A stretch of 64,000 nt of DNA from Planctomycetota bacterium. Lineage in GTDB: Bacteria; Planctomycetota; UBA1135; UBA2386. Shown here in pieces: positions 16,500-25,103 of the stretch. A program made the translations under genes and the position numbers. The notes beneath the pieces are model-generated. The model searched no databases, was not told the DNA's origin, and saw only the letters and a program-made list of their open reading frames with translations. Positions within the stretch are counted from its first letter, which is position 1. Every line of letters begins with the position of its first letter. The stretch covers positions 30,175-94,174 of the forward strand of contig NYVR01000022.1 of assembly GCA_002684655.1 (NCBI GenBank), given 5' to 3'.

Positions 16500-18781
16500 C
16501 GGTTGACCTCGACGGCCCAGGTCATCTCCTTCTGCCAGACTTCGTTGCCGTGACGGTCGAATTCGCGCACCTGCGTGTTCTCGGCGACGATGGTGTTGCC
16601 GTTGGGGAGTCGGTCGGCGTCGGAGGGCGAGCTGAGTCCGGAGAGCTCGAAGATCACGTTGCCGTTGCGGTCGATCTCTAGCACGGCGCCTTTGTTTCGG
16701 AGCGTGACCAACGTGTTGCCGTTGGGGAGTCGGTCGGCGTCATGCGCGTTCGGCAGCCCCTTTCCCTCCCAGACGACTTCTCCGTCGCGGCTGACCTCAA
16801 GGACGCGGTCCTTGAGTACATCTGCGATCAGGGTGTTGCCGTTAGGGAGCCGGTCGACGTCGAATGGTCGTATGTCCGTGGCATAGGACCAGACGATATT
16901 GCCTTCGCGGTCGATCTCGATGACGCGGCTGGCGAACGTGTCTGCGATTAGGGTGTTGCCGTTGGGGAGCCGGTCGGCGCCGTAGGGGTTCTTCAGGTCC
17001 TCAAACTGCCACACGGTCTCGCCGGCTCGGTTGACCTCTTGGACGCGGCTGACCGAGAACTCGGTGATCAGCAGGTTGTCATTGTCGAGGCACTCGGCGT
17101 CCCAGGCGCCGAAGATCTCGTCGAGTACGAAGACGGTCCTTCCTTGATCGTCTATCTCGACGATGCGGTTGTCGCTGTAGTCAGCGACGAGGGTGAAGCC
17201 CCACATCGCGCCGCCGCCGACGCCCAGCTCGACGTGGCTGACGCTCGTCCACGGAACGGTCGCGGCGCCCAGTGAAGGCACCGAAGTGGCGACGCAGCTC
17301 TTGGAGATTTCGGCCACGAAGCCGATCAGTCGCTCGCCTGTTGTCAGGTCGAGCCTCGCGTAGCTCGTGGGGTCTGGCTCGTTGACCGGCGGCCGGGTGA
17401 AGAGAACACCTGCGACCTCGCTCAATTCGATTTCCCGGACGTCCTCGGCGCTCGCCGCGATGACTAGGCGGGCGCCGTTGAGCCCAGCGACGTCGCCGTC
17501 GATGATCTCGCCTGAGCGCAGGCGGACGCGGTCGTGCTCGTTCGAGGAGCCGACCAAGCGGTCGAGTCCGGCGTCGATCGCGATCCCCTGGATCTCTCCG
17601 CGGGGCAAGCTAAGCGGCCCGAACAAAGCGGTCTCCAGCCGGACGGCCTCGGCGTCGATCGACAACAGCTCGCCTGCGATCCGGCTTCCCTGGTTGAGGA
17701 AGACCATCGTCTGCTGTGACTTGAGCACCTTGTGGTCGGGGAAGTCGAAGCTGGAGCAGTCGGAGAACGACAGCTCAGCGCTGGAGAGCCCGGCGAACGC
17801 GCCCTCGATGACGAATGAATCGCCGAACATCGCCGTGATCCGGCCCGTCACCTCGGTCCGCTCCGGTAGCGTCAGCGTCACGGTTGCGTCGGGCGCTTCA
17901 CTCGTAGCGGAGGCGCTCGCGCCGGCAGCGATCACCGGGTCAGGGTGCGAGCGCAGTTCGTTCAAGATCGCCTCGACGTCGTCGCCAGAGCGTGTCCGCA
18001 GCGCTCGGACCATGCTCATCATCTCTGTCCGGTTCAGCTCGATGCCTGCCAGCGCGCCCGAAAGTTCGTCGCCGAAGAGCAACGCCCTGCATGAGGCCAA
18101 GCCGACCGGCGAGCCCATCCGCGCCAGCGCGCTGAGCGCGATGGGTCTGTAGAGCCCGGACTTGTACGTGATCATCGGCAGCACTGCCCTGGCTTCGTCG
18201 TCACCCCCGTGACGGCCGAGCGCGCGGATCGCGCCGCCTGCGATCGCGGCGTCGGTGTGCCCGAGGGCGCTGCGCAGTGAGCGCAGCAGCCGCTCATCGG
18301 GCTCTAGGTAGGCGGCTAGGCGTACGAGGCCCTGGAGGAGTCGACGCTCGCGGTCTTCTTGCTCGGTGCCTTTCGCGGCGAGCGCGTCGAGGATCCTGGA
18401 GCACCGGATGTGTTGTTCTAGGACTTCGTAGTCCTTGCGTCGTTTTTCGATGAGCCCGAGCGCGCGTCCGCCGATCTCGACCAACGTCCGCTCTGCATTC
18501 TCGCGCACTCGCCAGCTCGCATCGCAGAGTTCGTTGAGGAGGCGGTCGATCTTGAGCCGATACTCGCGGTAGTCGCCGTGCAGCCTCGCGACAACGGGCA
18601 GAAATGCTCGGTCCTCTTGCGCGAGCAGTTTGCCCACTTGTTCGATCTGGGCGGTCAGGCCCGGCGATTGGAAACCCTGCGATCGCTCGACGAGCTCTGC
18701 GTCGGTCCATTCCTGCGCCAACAGGCCTGCGCTCGCCGCAGCGCCAAGTGTGATCGTTCGCCAGATGCGCTGAAGGGTCAT
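16493..18781 (-). CDS. HEAT-repeat plus six-bladed beta-propeller protein
   Basis: Signal-like N-terminus. HEAT-like segments (WRVRENAERTLVEIG, AIAGGAIRALGRHG). The C-terminus has six roughly 40-aa blades, four carrying D(A/V)DRLPNGNT(L/I). Confidence 0.75.
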   Translation of the reverse strand: MTLQRIWRTITLGAAASAGLLAQEWTDAELVERSQGFQSPGLTAQIEQVGKLLAQEDRAFLPVVARLHGDYREYRLKIDRLLNELCDASWRVRENAERTLVEIGGRALGLIEKRRKDYEVLEQHIRCSRILDALAAKGTEQEDRERRLLQGLVRLAAYLEPDERLLRSLRSALGHTDAAIAGGAIRALGRHGGDDEARAVLPMITYKSGLYRPIALSALARMGSPVGLASCRALLFGDELSGALAGIELNRTEMMSMVRALRTRSGDDVEAILNELRSHPDPVIAAGASASATSEAPDATVTLTLPERTEVTGRITAMFGDSFVIEGAFAGLSSAELSFSDCSSFDFPDHKVLKSQQTMVFLNQGSRIAGELLSIDAEAVRLETALFGPLSLPRGEIQGIAIDAGLDRLVGSSNEHDRVRLRSGEIIDGDVAGLNGARLVIAASAEDVREIELSEVAGVLFTRPPVNEPDPTSYARLDLTTGERLIGFVAEISKSCVATSVPSLGAATVPWTSVSHVELGVGGGAMWGFTLVADYSDNRIVEIDDQGRTVFVLDEIFGAWDAECLDNDNLLITEFSVSRVQEVNRAGETVWQFEDLKNPYGADRLPNGNTLIADTFASRVIEIDREGNIVWSYATDIRPFDVDRLPNGNTLIADVLKDRVLEVSRDGEVVWEGKGLPNAHDADRLPNGNTLVTLRNKGAVLEIDRNGNVIFELSGLSSPSDADRLPNGNTIVAENTQVREFDRHGNEVWQKEMTWAVEVNRY
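16593..17072. repeat. Intragenic tandem repeat with an exact 120-nt period, encoding propeller blades
   Basis: gtgttgccgtt(g/a)gggag(t/c)cggtcg(g/a)cg starts at 16593, 16713, 16833 and 16953. The first two copies share an identical 29-mer, gtgttgccgttggggagtcggtcggcgtc. Confidence 0.85.
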
Positions 18782-19023
18782 GTCCGGTGCAGTCTATGCA
18801 AGCAGCGTCGAATGATGGGGCCGCTTCGACGAATTGCCGGTGTCGAGACTCCGCCGGCGAAGCGAGCCCGTTGATCCAGGGAGTTCCGCTGGTGGGAAAG
18901 GGTCGCAGGTCTCGCCGTAGATACCTGTTGGCCGTAGAGTCCGCAGAACCCCCATCGCGTTGCTGCCGTTCGGAAAGGTCCTGCAGGCCACCGCGCGGCT
19001 CGCAGAACTTAGGATCGAAGTCA

Positions 19024-21753
19024 GTGTCGCTGCCATCGTTATTTGCGACGCGCGCCTGTGCGTGTGCCCTGCTCGCGCTCGCCTCGCTGTCTGCGCAGCG
19101 GGTGCGCGCAGAGCCGATGCTGGGCGCGCTCGGGACACCCGCTGGGCCGGTCGCCGGTGATGACCCGGGCAGGCCGGTCGAGATGTTCGAGAACCCCAAC
19201 CTCGACAACTATCTACGACGCGCCCGCTCCCTGTTGGAGCGGCAGGACTTCACGGGCGCGATTGAGTTGCTTCAGGACGTCATTGAGGGCGAGACCGTCG
19301 AGGTGGTCGCGGTGGGCGACGCTGAGTCTGCTGCCGCTGGGGAGGCCGCCCCGTCAGCTCAGCAGGGCGAGGACGCTTCGGCAGGCTCCTCTGAGGCGCT
19401 CACCGCGCGGAACGCCGTTTTTAGCGTGGACGGACGTATTTACCGGCCAGTGCGGCGGCTCTGCCACGAGCTCCTCGCAGAGATGCCTGACGTCGGCCTA
19501 GAGCTGTATCGCACGGCCTACGAGTTCACGGCTGAGGAGATGTTGGCCGCCGCGATCGCGAGCGGTTCGACGGTCGCCTTAGAGGCTGTGGCGAATCGTT
19601 ACTTCATCACGCTGCCGGCAGGCCGCGCGATGCTGCTGCTCGCCGATCGTTTGATGCACGCTGGCCGCTACCGCGGCGCGGTCCAGGTGCTGCGTGACCT
19701 CCTCGCGGTCTATCCCGAAAAGAACCGCGAGCGGCTCGGCATTCGCGAAGCCTGGTGTGGGTTCAAGATCGCGCTCTGCTTGCGTTTGGCGGGAGAGCCT
19801 GCCACCGCGCGAGCGGCGGTCGCGCAGCTCGCTGCGGATCATGCGGAGGAGTCTTTGCGCATCGCGGGACAGCTGGAGTCGGTGCGCGAGATGCCAAACG
19901 GCGCGTTGTTCGTTCGCGACACCGTCGCGATCGAAGACGGCGTAGCGATCGGTCGGGACGAATCCTGGGTCGACGGCGAGGCGCTCGCCTTGCTCCCGCT
20001 TTGGCAGTATCGATTCGAGGAGCGGGACCCATATCGAGACCCGAAGCCGTCGAAGACCAACCGCGGAAGCATCTGGATCGACAACCGCGGCTCGCGCTCG
20101 ACCGAGATGCCGATCGCGAATCGCTATGGCCCTGCGACCTGGGTCTCGTTCGCGGAAGAACGACGCGGCGGCGTCCTTGAGCCGCGCGCGTTGTTTTTAG
20201 AGCACTACCGCCTCCGCATGACGGACGCGGCCTCCGGCTTGCTGTTGCAGGCCAGCGACGGCCCCGCGCTGCCGCCAAAGGCGCGCGAGAATTATCCGCG
20301 CGTGCGGATCGCAGCCGCAGATCATGCGCTGCTGCGTCCGGTCGAAGATGAAGCTCGTCGCTACGTCATCATCGGCTATGCGGGTCGCTCGAATGCCAGC
20401 GACGCGGCGCTGCGAGCGAGCGAGCTGGTCGCATACGAGAAGCGCTCTTGGGCGCGCTCGTGGTCGTCTGTTGACTGGTTGGAGGGCGACGACGGCTTGC
20501 GTCGCGTGACCTTCCTCGCGGCGCCGACTGTGTTCGGGGAGCGGCTGCTCGCCCCTGCCATGCGCGGCGATTCTTATACGCTCGAATGCCTAGATCGTCG
20601 GACCGGCAAGCCGTTATGGCACACGCCGCTACACGCCGGCGGAACGAAGTTCTTTAAGGCGCCAGGGACACAGGTCGCAGTGCTTGGCGGCGTCGCATAC
20701 GTCGCGACCAACGCTGGCTGTCTCGCGGCTGTGGACGCGTTCGCTGGCGACCTTCGGTGGATCCGGCGCTACGAGCGGCTCGACCCGACGCACGGGTTGC
20801 AGCGGCGCCAGCAGCGTTCGAAGCGCGCAGCAAGCCGCGGCTACGGTAAGCAGTTCACCCAAGCTGCCTTGGAGAGCTTCGAGCCCGCGGACCTGATCCT
20901 GCACGGCGGCAGCGTCGTCATCGCGCCGTGCGACGGCGAGGTGCTGATGTCGATCGATGTAGCGACCGGCGCGCCGATCTGGATGCTAGATACGAACACA
21001 CACCACGCGCCCTACGGCAAGCTCACACAAGTGATCGGCGCAGGCGCCGGGCGGCTCTTCGTCGCGTCGCGGTCGCACGTGGTCGGCATCGATTTAGACG
21101 GCGGGCTGGTGCGCTGGATGGAGGAGTTGCCTCCATGGACGGGTCCGAAACACTCGGGCCGGGGTCGCGGCGCCGTCGTAGGCTCGACGGTCATCGTGCC
21201 GAATATGCGGGAACTGCTGCTGTACGACGTCGACAACGAATCGCCGCCTAGATCTGTGCCTCTACCGCCCTTCGACGAGGGGCGTGAGCCGCTGCAAGGC
21301 GCCTTCAACGTGGCCGTTCAGGGGCCTTGGTTGGCGGTTGGATACGCGGGCGGCGTCGAGGTCTTCAGCACGCAGTCGGCGCTCAGAGCGCTCGCGGCTT
21401 TCGTCGAGGAGCCGCTGCGTCGCGCTTCGTACTTGTCTCAGAGCGGCGACCTCGTCGGGGCAGAGCAGGTCCTCACAGACGCGCTGCAACATAGTGACGC
21501 CCTCGATGATCGGGTGCGCTTTGGGCGGCAACTGTTGGCCGCGGTCCGGGCGAGGGCGGAGCTGGCGTGGCAGCGCGGCGGTGTCGACGCGGCGCTCGGG
21601 GCGCTCGACAGCGTGCGCGATCTGTTGAACGACCGCGAACTCCGTCTCGAATGGCACCTCGCCCGCGTCGAGCTATGCAAGGCTGCAGGAGACATCCGCG
21701 CTCACGAAATCGAGCAACAGAGCCTCTACGACTACATGGAGGGTCGCAGGTGA
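19024..21753 (+). CDS. Secreted PQQ-like (BamB-type) beta-propeller / TPR-like protein
   Basis: The start is proposed at GTG 19024 (SLPSLFATRACACALLALASLSAQRVRA, a signal peptide). PQQ-like repeat signatures include GKPLWHTPL, VAYVATNAGCLAAVDAFAGDLRWI, TGAPIWMLD and DGGLVRWME. The N- and C-terminal regions are helical. Confidence 0.65.
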   Translation: MSLPSLFATRACACALLALASLSAQRVRAEPMLGALGTPAGPVAGDDPGRPVEMFENPNLDNYLRRARSLLERQDFTGAIELLQDVIEGETVEVVAVGDAESAAAGEAAPSAQQGEDASAGSSEALTARNAVFSVDGRIYRPVRRLCHELLAEMPDVGLELYRTAYEFTAEEMLAAAIASGSTVALEAVANRYFITLPAGRAMLLLADRLMHAGRYRGAVQVLRDLLAVYPEKNRERLGIREAWCGFKIALCLRLAGEPATARAAVAQLAADHAEESLRIAGQLESVREMPNGALFVRDTVAIEDGVAIGRDESWVDGEALALLPLWQYRFEERDPYRDPKPSKTNRGSIWIDNRGSRSTEMPIANRYGPATWVSFAEERRGGVLEPRALFLEHYRLRMTDAASGLLLQASDGPALPPKARENYPRVRIAAADHALLRPVEDEARRYVIIGYAGRSNASDAALRASELVAYEKRSWARSWSSVDWLEGDDGLRRVTFLAAPTVFGERLLAPAMRGDSYTLECLDRRTGKPLWHTPLHAGGTKFFKAPGTQVAVLGGVAYVATNAGCLAAVDAFAGDLRWIRRYERLDPTHGLQRRQQRSKRAASRGYGKQFTQAALESFEPADLILHGGSVVIAPCDGEVLMSIDVATGAPIWMLDTNTHHAPYGKLTQVIGAGAGRLFVASRSHVVGIDLDGGLVRWMEELPPWTGPKHSGRGRGAVVGSTVIVPNMRELLLYDVDNESPPRSVPLPPFDEGREPLQGAFNVAVQGPWLAVGYAGGVEVFSTQSALRALAAFVEEPLRRASYLSQSGDLVGAEQVLTDALQHSDALDDRVRFGRQLLAAVRARAELAWQRGGVDAALGALDSVRDLLNDRELRLEWHLARVELCKAAGDIRAHEIEQQSLYDYMEGRR

Positions 21754-22790
21754 TGGCTAGCAGACATTGGGTCGCAGCGGTGACGCTCGCGTTGGCGACG
21801 CTGTCGGTCCGCGCGCAGCAAGGCAGCTATCCACCCGGCGTCACCGAGGAGGTGCACGTCGCGATCCAGCGTGGGCTGCAGTGGCTCGAAAAGAACCAAG
21901 CGAGCGACGGTAGCTGGCGCAACTCCGGCGGCTACGGCAGCTATCCCGCCGCTATGACTGGGCTCGCGGGGATGGCGTTCATCGCCAGCGGCTCGACGCC
22001 AACGCGGGGACGCCACTGGCGGGCGGTGCGCCAGAGCGCGAACTTTCTGCTCAAGAACGCCGACCCCGGCAACGGTGTCATATCTGTGCCTTCTGAGGAG
22101 GGGCGCAGCATGTATGGCCACGGCTTCGCCACGCTGTATCTCGCGAGCGTCTACGGCATGGAGGAGGGGCTGCGCAAGCGGCAGCGCCTGAAGCGCACTT
22201 TGGATAAGGCTGTTGGATTGATCGCCTCGGCGCAGTCGACGGCCGGTGGCTGGATCTACACCCCTGATTCCAACAGCGACGAGGGCAGCGTAACGGTGAC
22301 GCAGATCCAGGCGCTGCGGGCGTGCCGAATGGCCGGCATCGTCTGCAACAAGAAGGTCGTCAACAAAGCCGTCGACTACATCAAACGCTGTCAGAACGCC
22401 GACGGGAGCATCCGTTACAGCTTGCGGTCAGGCGGTGACGGTCGCCCTGCGATCACGGCCGCCGGCGTCGCGGTGCTCTATAACGCCGGCGTCTACGATG
22501 ACCAGCCGTTCGTAGATGCCGCTGTTCGCTACTGCAAGAAGCACATCAAGGTCTCCGTGGACTCTACGGGCCACCACTACTACGCCCACTTGTACTGGTC
22601 GCAGGCGCTCTATCAGCGCGGCGGTCAAGACTGGGACGAATACTACAAGCAGGCCTGTCGCTACTTCCTTAAGCAGCAGCGCAAGGACGGCAGCTGGCAG
22701 GGCGACGGCGTAGGCATGGTCTATGGCACCGCGATCGCGCTGACGATTTTGCAACTCCCCTACGCGTATGCGCCGATCTACCAGCGCTGA
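21753..22790 (+). CDS. Prenyltransferase/squalene-oxidase repeat (alpha/alpha-toroid) protein, secreted
   Basis: ATG at 21753 overlaps the upstream TGA (TGATG). Signal peptide MASRHWVAAVTLALATLSVRAQQ. Repeated motifs: NQASDGSWRN, AQSTAGGWIY, CQNADGSIRY, QQRKDGSWQG. Confidence 0.7.
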   Translation: MASRHWVAAVTLALATLSVRAQQGSYPPGVTEEVHVAIQRGLQWLEKNQASDGSWRNSGGYGSYPAAMTGLAGMAFIASGSTPTRGRHWRAVRQSANFLLKNADPGNGVISVPSEEGRSMYGHGFATLYLASVYGMEEGLRKRQRLKRTLDKAVGLIASAQSTAGGWIYTPDSNSDEGSVTVTQIQALRACRMAGIVCNKKVVNKAVDYIKRCQNADGSIRYSLRSGGDGRPAITAAGVAVLYNAGVYDDQPFVDAAVRYCKKHIKVSVDSTGHHYYAHLYWSQALYQRGGQDWDEYYKQACRYFLKQQRKDGSWQGDGVGMVYGTAIALTILQLPYAYAPIYQR

Positions 22791-22826
22791 TCGAGCGCAC
22801 GATCCCCAGATGACAGGCACCACGCG

Positions 22827-25091
22827 ATGATCGGATTGGCGTTCCTCAATCCGCTGCTGCTCTGGGCGCTGCCGCTGGCGGCGGTGCCGGTGATCATCCA
22901 CATCCTGAATCGGCGAAGGTTCAAGAAGGTCCCTTGGGCGGCGATGGAGTTCCTGCTCAAGGCGATGAAGCGGAACCGCAAGAGGCTGCGCTTTGAGCAA
23001 TGGTTGGTGCTGCTGCTGAGGGTGCTGGCCGTCCTGCTTTTGGTCACTTTGGTGAGTCGGCCTCAGCTAGGTGGCGGAGCGCTGCTGGGTGCGCGCACGC
23101 ACCACGTCGTGATCCTGGACGACAGCGCTTCGATGACGCAGCGCAGCGGCAGCTCAAATCTCTTCGAAAAGGCCCAGGACAAGGTGCGCGAGTTAGCCGA
23201 CGAGCTGGCGCAGCGCCGCGACGGCGACATCTTCTCGATCGCCTTAACGTCGACGCCGGACGCCTGGGCGCTCGCGCCGCAACGCGTCGGCAGCAACTTC
23301 GGTCAGACCGCAGGGGCCGCGCTCAGGTCGCTGGTCGTCAGCGACTTGTCCGCGGACGTCGGGGCGGCCTTGCGCGCGGCCGTCGCGCGCAGCGCGGTCG
23401 TTGATGAGGCCTCGAGGACCGAGTTCTACATCGTCGGCGATCGCCGCAAGTGGGACTGGTCCACTGACGATGGCAAGCCGCGCGGTCAACTAGTCGAGGC
23501 GTTGACGTCTATGGATCGCGGCCGCGCGCACGTCACGGTGTTCGAGGTCGGCGGCCAGCACGACAACCTCGCGGTGGTCCAGGTCGCGCTGCTAGACCGC
23601 TTGGCGATCGCGTCCGTGCCGGTCAGCATGGGTGTCGACGTCAAGAACTTCGGGCTCGACCCGACGCCTGCGACGACCGTCGCTGTGGGTGTCGACGGTC
23701 GAACCAGCGTCAACCTGAACGTGCCGGACCTCGCCCCAGGCGAACGCGTCAGGGTGCCGTTTGCCCACACGTTCCACACGCCTGGTGCGCACCGCGTCGA
23801 GGCGACGCTGACGCCTGGCGGCACATTCTCCTTCGACGATCGCCGCACGCTGGCGCTGCAAATCCGCGATAAGAGCCGCGTCTTGCTAGTGGACGGCGAG
23901 CCGGACGAGGGTGACGGCGAGACGTTTTTTCTGCGCGCCACGCTGGATGTGCCGGAGTCCGGGATCGAGGCTCAGGTGGTCACCGAATCGGGCTTCGACG
24001 AGGTCAACCTCGGCGCCTTCGACATGGTGTGGCTCTGCAACGTTCAGGCGCCCACGAAAGAGGCGGCCGAGCGCCTTGAGGCCTTCGTCATGTCTGGCGG
24101 CGGCCTCGCGATCACACTGGGTTCGTTGGTCGACGCGCGTCGCTATAACGAGCTGTTGTGGCGCGGCGGCGAAGGGCCGTTGCCGCTGCCGATCGGCGAC
24201 ATTGACGGTGACCCTGACCGGCCCGCGTCGGCGTTCCTCGCCGCAGCGGATCACCCGGTGTGCGACGGCGTGGCTGAGTTGTTCCAGCTGGTGATGGGCA
24301 GGTGGGTTCAGGTCAAGCGGTGGTTGACCATCGAGCAACCCGACGGCCACGAGGCTGCGGTGGTCGCGCGTGTGCGCGACGCGGAGGGGCCGCCGCTGCT
24401 AGCGACGCGGAGCTACGGCGTGAAGGGCGGCGAGGTCGCGCTGTTCGCGATCACCGCGGACCGTTTTTGGAGCAACCTCCCTAGCACGGACCTGTTCTTG
24501 GTGATGACCCATCAACTGCATCGCTTCGCGGCGCGACGTGACGATCTGAGCCAGCACAACCTCGCCACGGACGACACCTGGAGCAGGCAGCTCGACCCTG
24601 GCCTCTACCTACCGGACGTGACGCTGCGCGCCGCGGGTGGTGACGATGAGCGCACGTTCACCGCCACCGCGCCGCTGTTCGAGGGCGGCTCTGAGGCAGC
24701 CAACGGTGACCGTGATGTGCAGGCAGGCGTCGCCTCTGCGTCGAACGCCGCGCCGGTCGATCCCCCGCCGCTCGAAGTCGAGGTCGACCTCAGGGGGCTG
24801 TCAGAGCGAGGCGCGTATGAGGTAACCCTGCAGCGACACGACGGTGTGACGGAGCGTCAGATCCTGGCGCGCAACGGACCCGTCGACGAAGGCCGTTTGG
24901 TCGCTTTCGACGAGGCCAGCTTCAAGAGGCTCTACGCAGCCAACGTGCACGACCTAGTCACGTTCGCGCGCGGTGAGGGCGGCGTCGGCGCGCGCGCTAG
25001 CGAGGGAGAGGCGTGGCCGTTGCTAGCGGGCTCGCTGCTCTTGGGCCTGTTACTCGAGTCCTTGTTGGCGTGGAGGTTTGGCCGCCGCTAG
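22827..25091 (+). CDS. BatA-type N-terminal double-transmembrane / VWA-like protein
   Basis: FLNPLLLWALPLAAVPVIIHILNRRRFKKVPWAAMEFL is the aerotolerance-regulator N-terminal signature. MIDAS-like VVILDDSASM. There is a C-terminal TM segment. Confidence 0.75.
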   Translation: MIGLAFLNPLLLWALPLAAVPVIIHILNRRRFKKVPWAAMEFLLKAMKRNRKRLRFEQWLVLLLRVLAVLLLVTLVSRPQLGGGALLGARTHHVVILDDSASMTQRSGSSNLFEKAQDKVRELADELAQRRDGDIFSIALTSTPDAWALAPQRVGSNFGQTAGAALRSLVVSDLSADVGAALRAAVARSAVVDEASRTEFYIVGDRRKWDWSTDDGKPRGQLVEALTSMDRGRAHVTVFEVGGQHDNLAVVQVALLDRLAIASVPVSMGVDVKNFGLDPTPATTVAVGVDGRTSVNLNVPDLAPGERVRVPFAHTFHTPGAHRVEATLTPGGTFSFDDRRTLALQIRDKSRVLLVDGEPDEGDGETFFLRATLDVPESGIEAQVVTESGFDEVNLGAFDMVWLCNVQAPTKEAAERLEAFVMSGGGLAITLGSLVDARRYNELLWRGGEGPLPLPIGDIDGDPDRPASAFLAAADHPVCDGVAELFQLVMGRWVQVKRWLTIEQPDGHEAAVVARVRDAEGPPLLATRSYGVKGGEVALFAITADRFWSNLPSTDLFLVMTHQLHRFAARRDDLSQHNLATDDTWSRQLDPGLYLPDVTLRAAGGDDERTFTATAPLFEGGSEAANGDRDVQAGVASASNAAPVDPPPLEVEVDLRGLSERGAYEVTLQRHDGVTERQILARNGPVDEGRLVAFDEASFKRLYAANVHDLVTFARGEGGVGARASEGEAWPLLAGSLLLGLLLESLLAWRFGRR

Positions 25092-25103
25092 GCGGACAGG
25101 GCG

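Noticed and set aside
16593-17072. Regular 120-nt periodic repeats that could superficially resemble a CRISPR-like array.
   Set aside because: The repeats lie entirely within one long open reading frame and encode beta-propeller blades. The segments between them are homologous to each other, and no cas genes are present.
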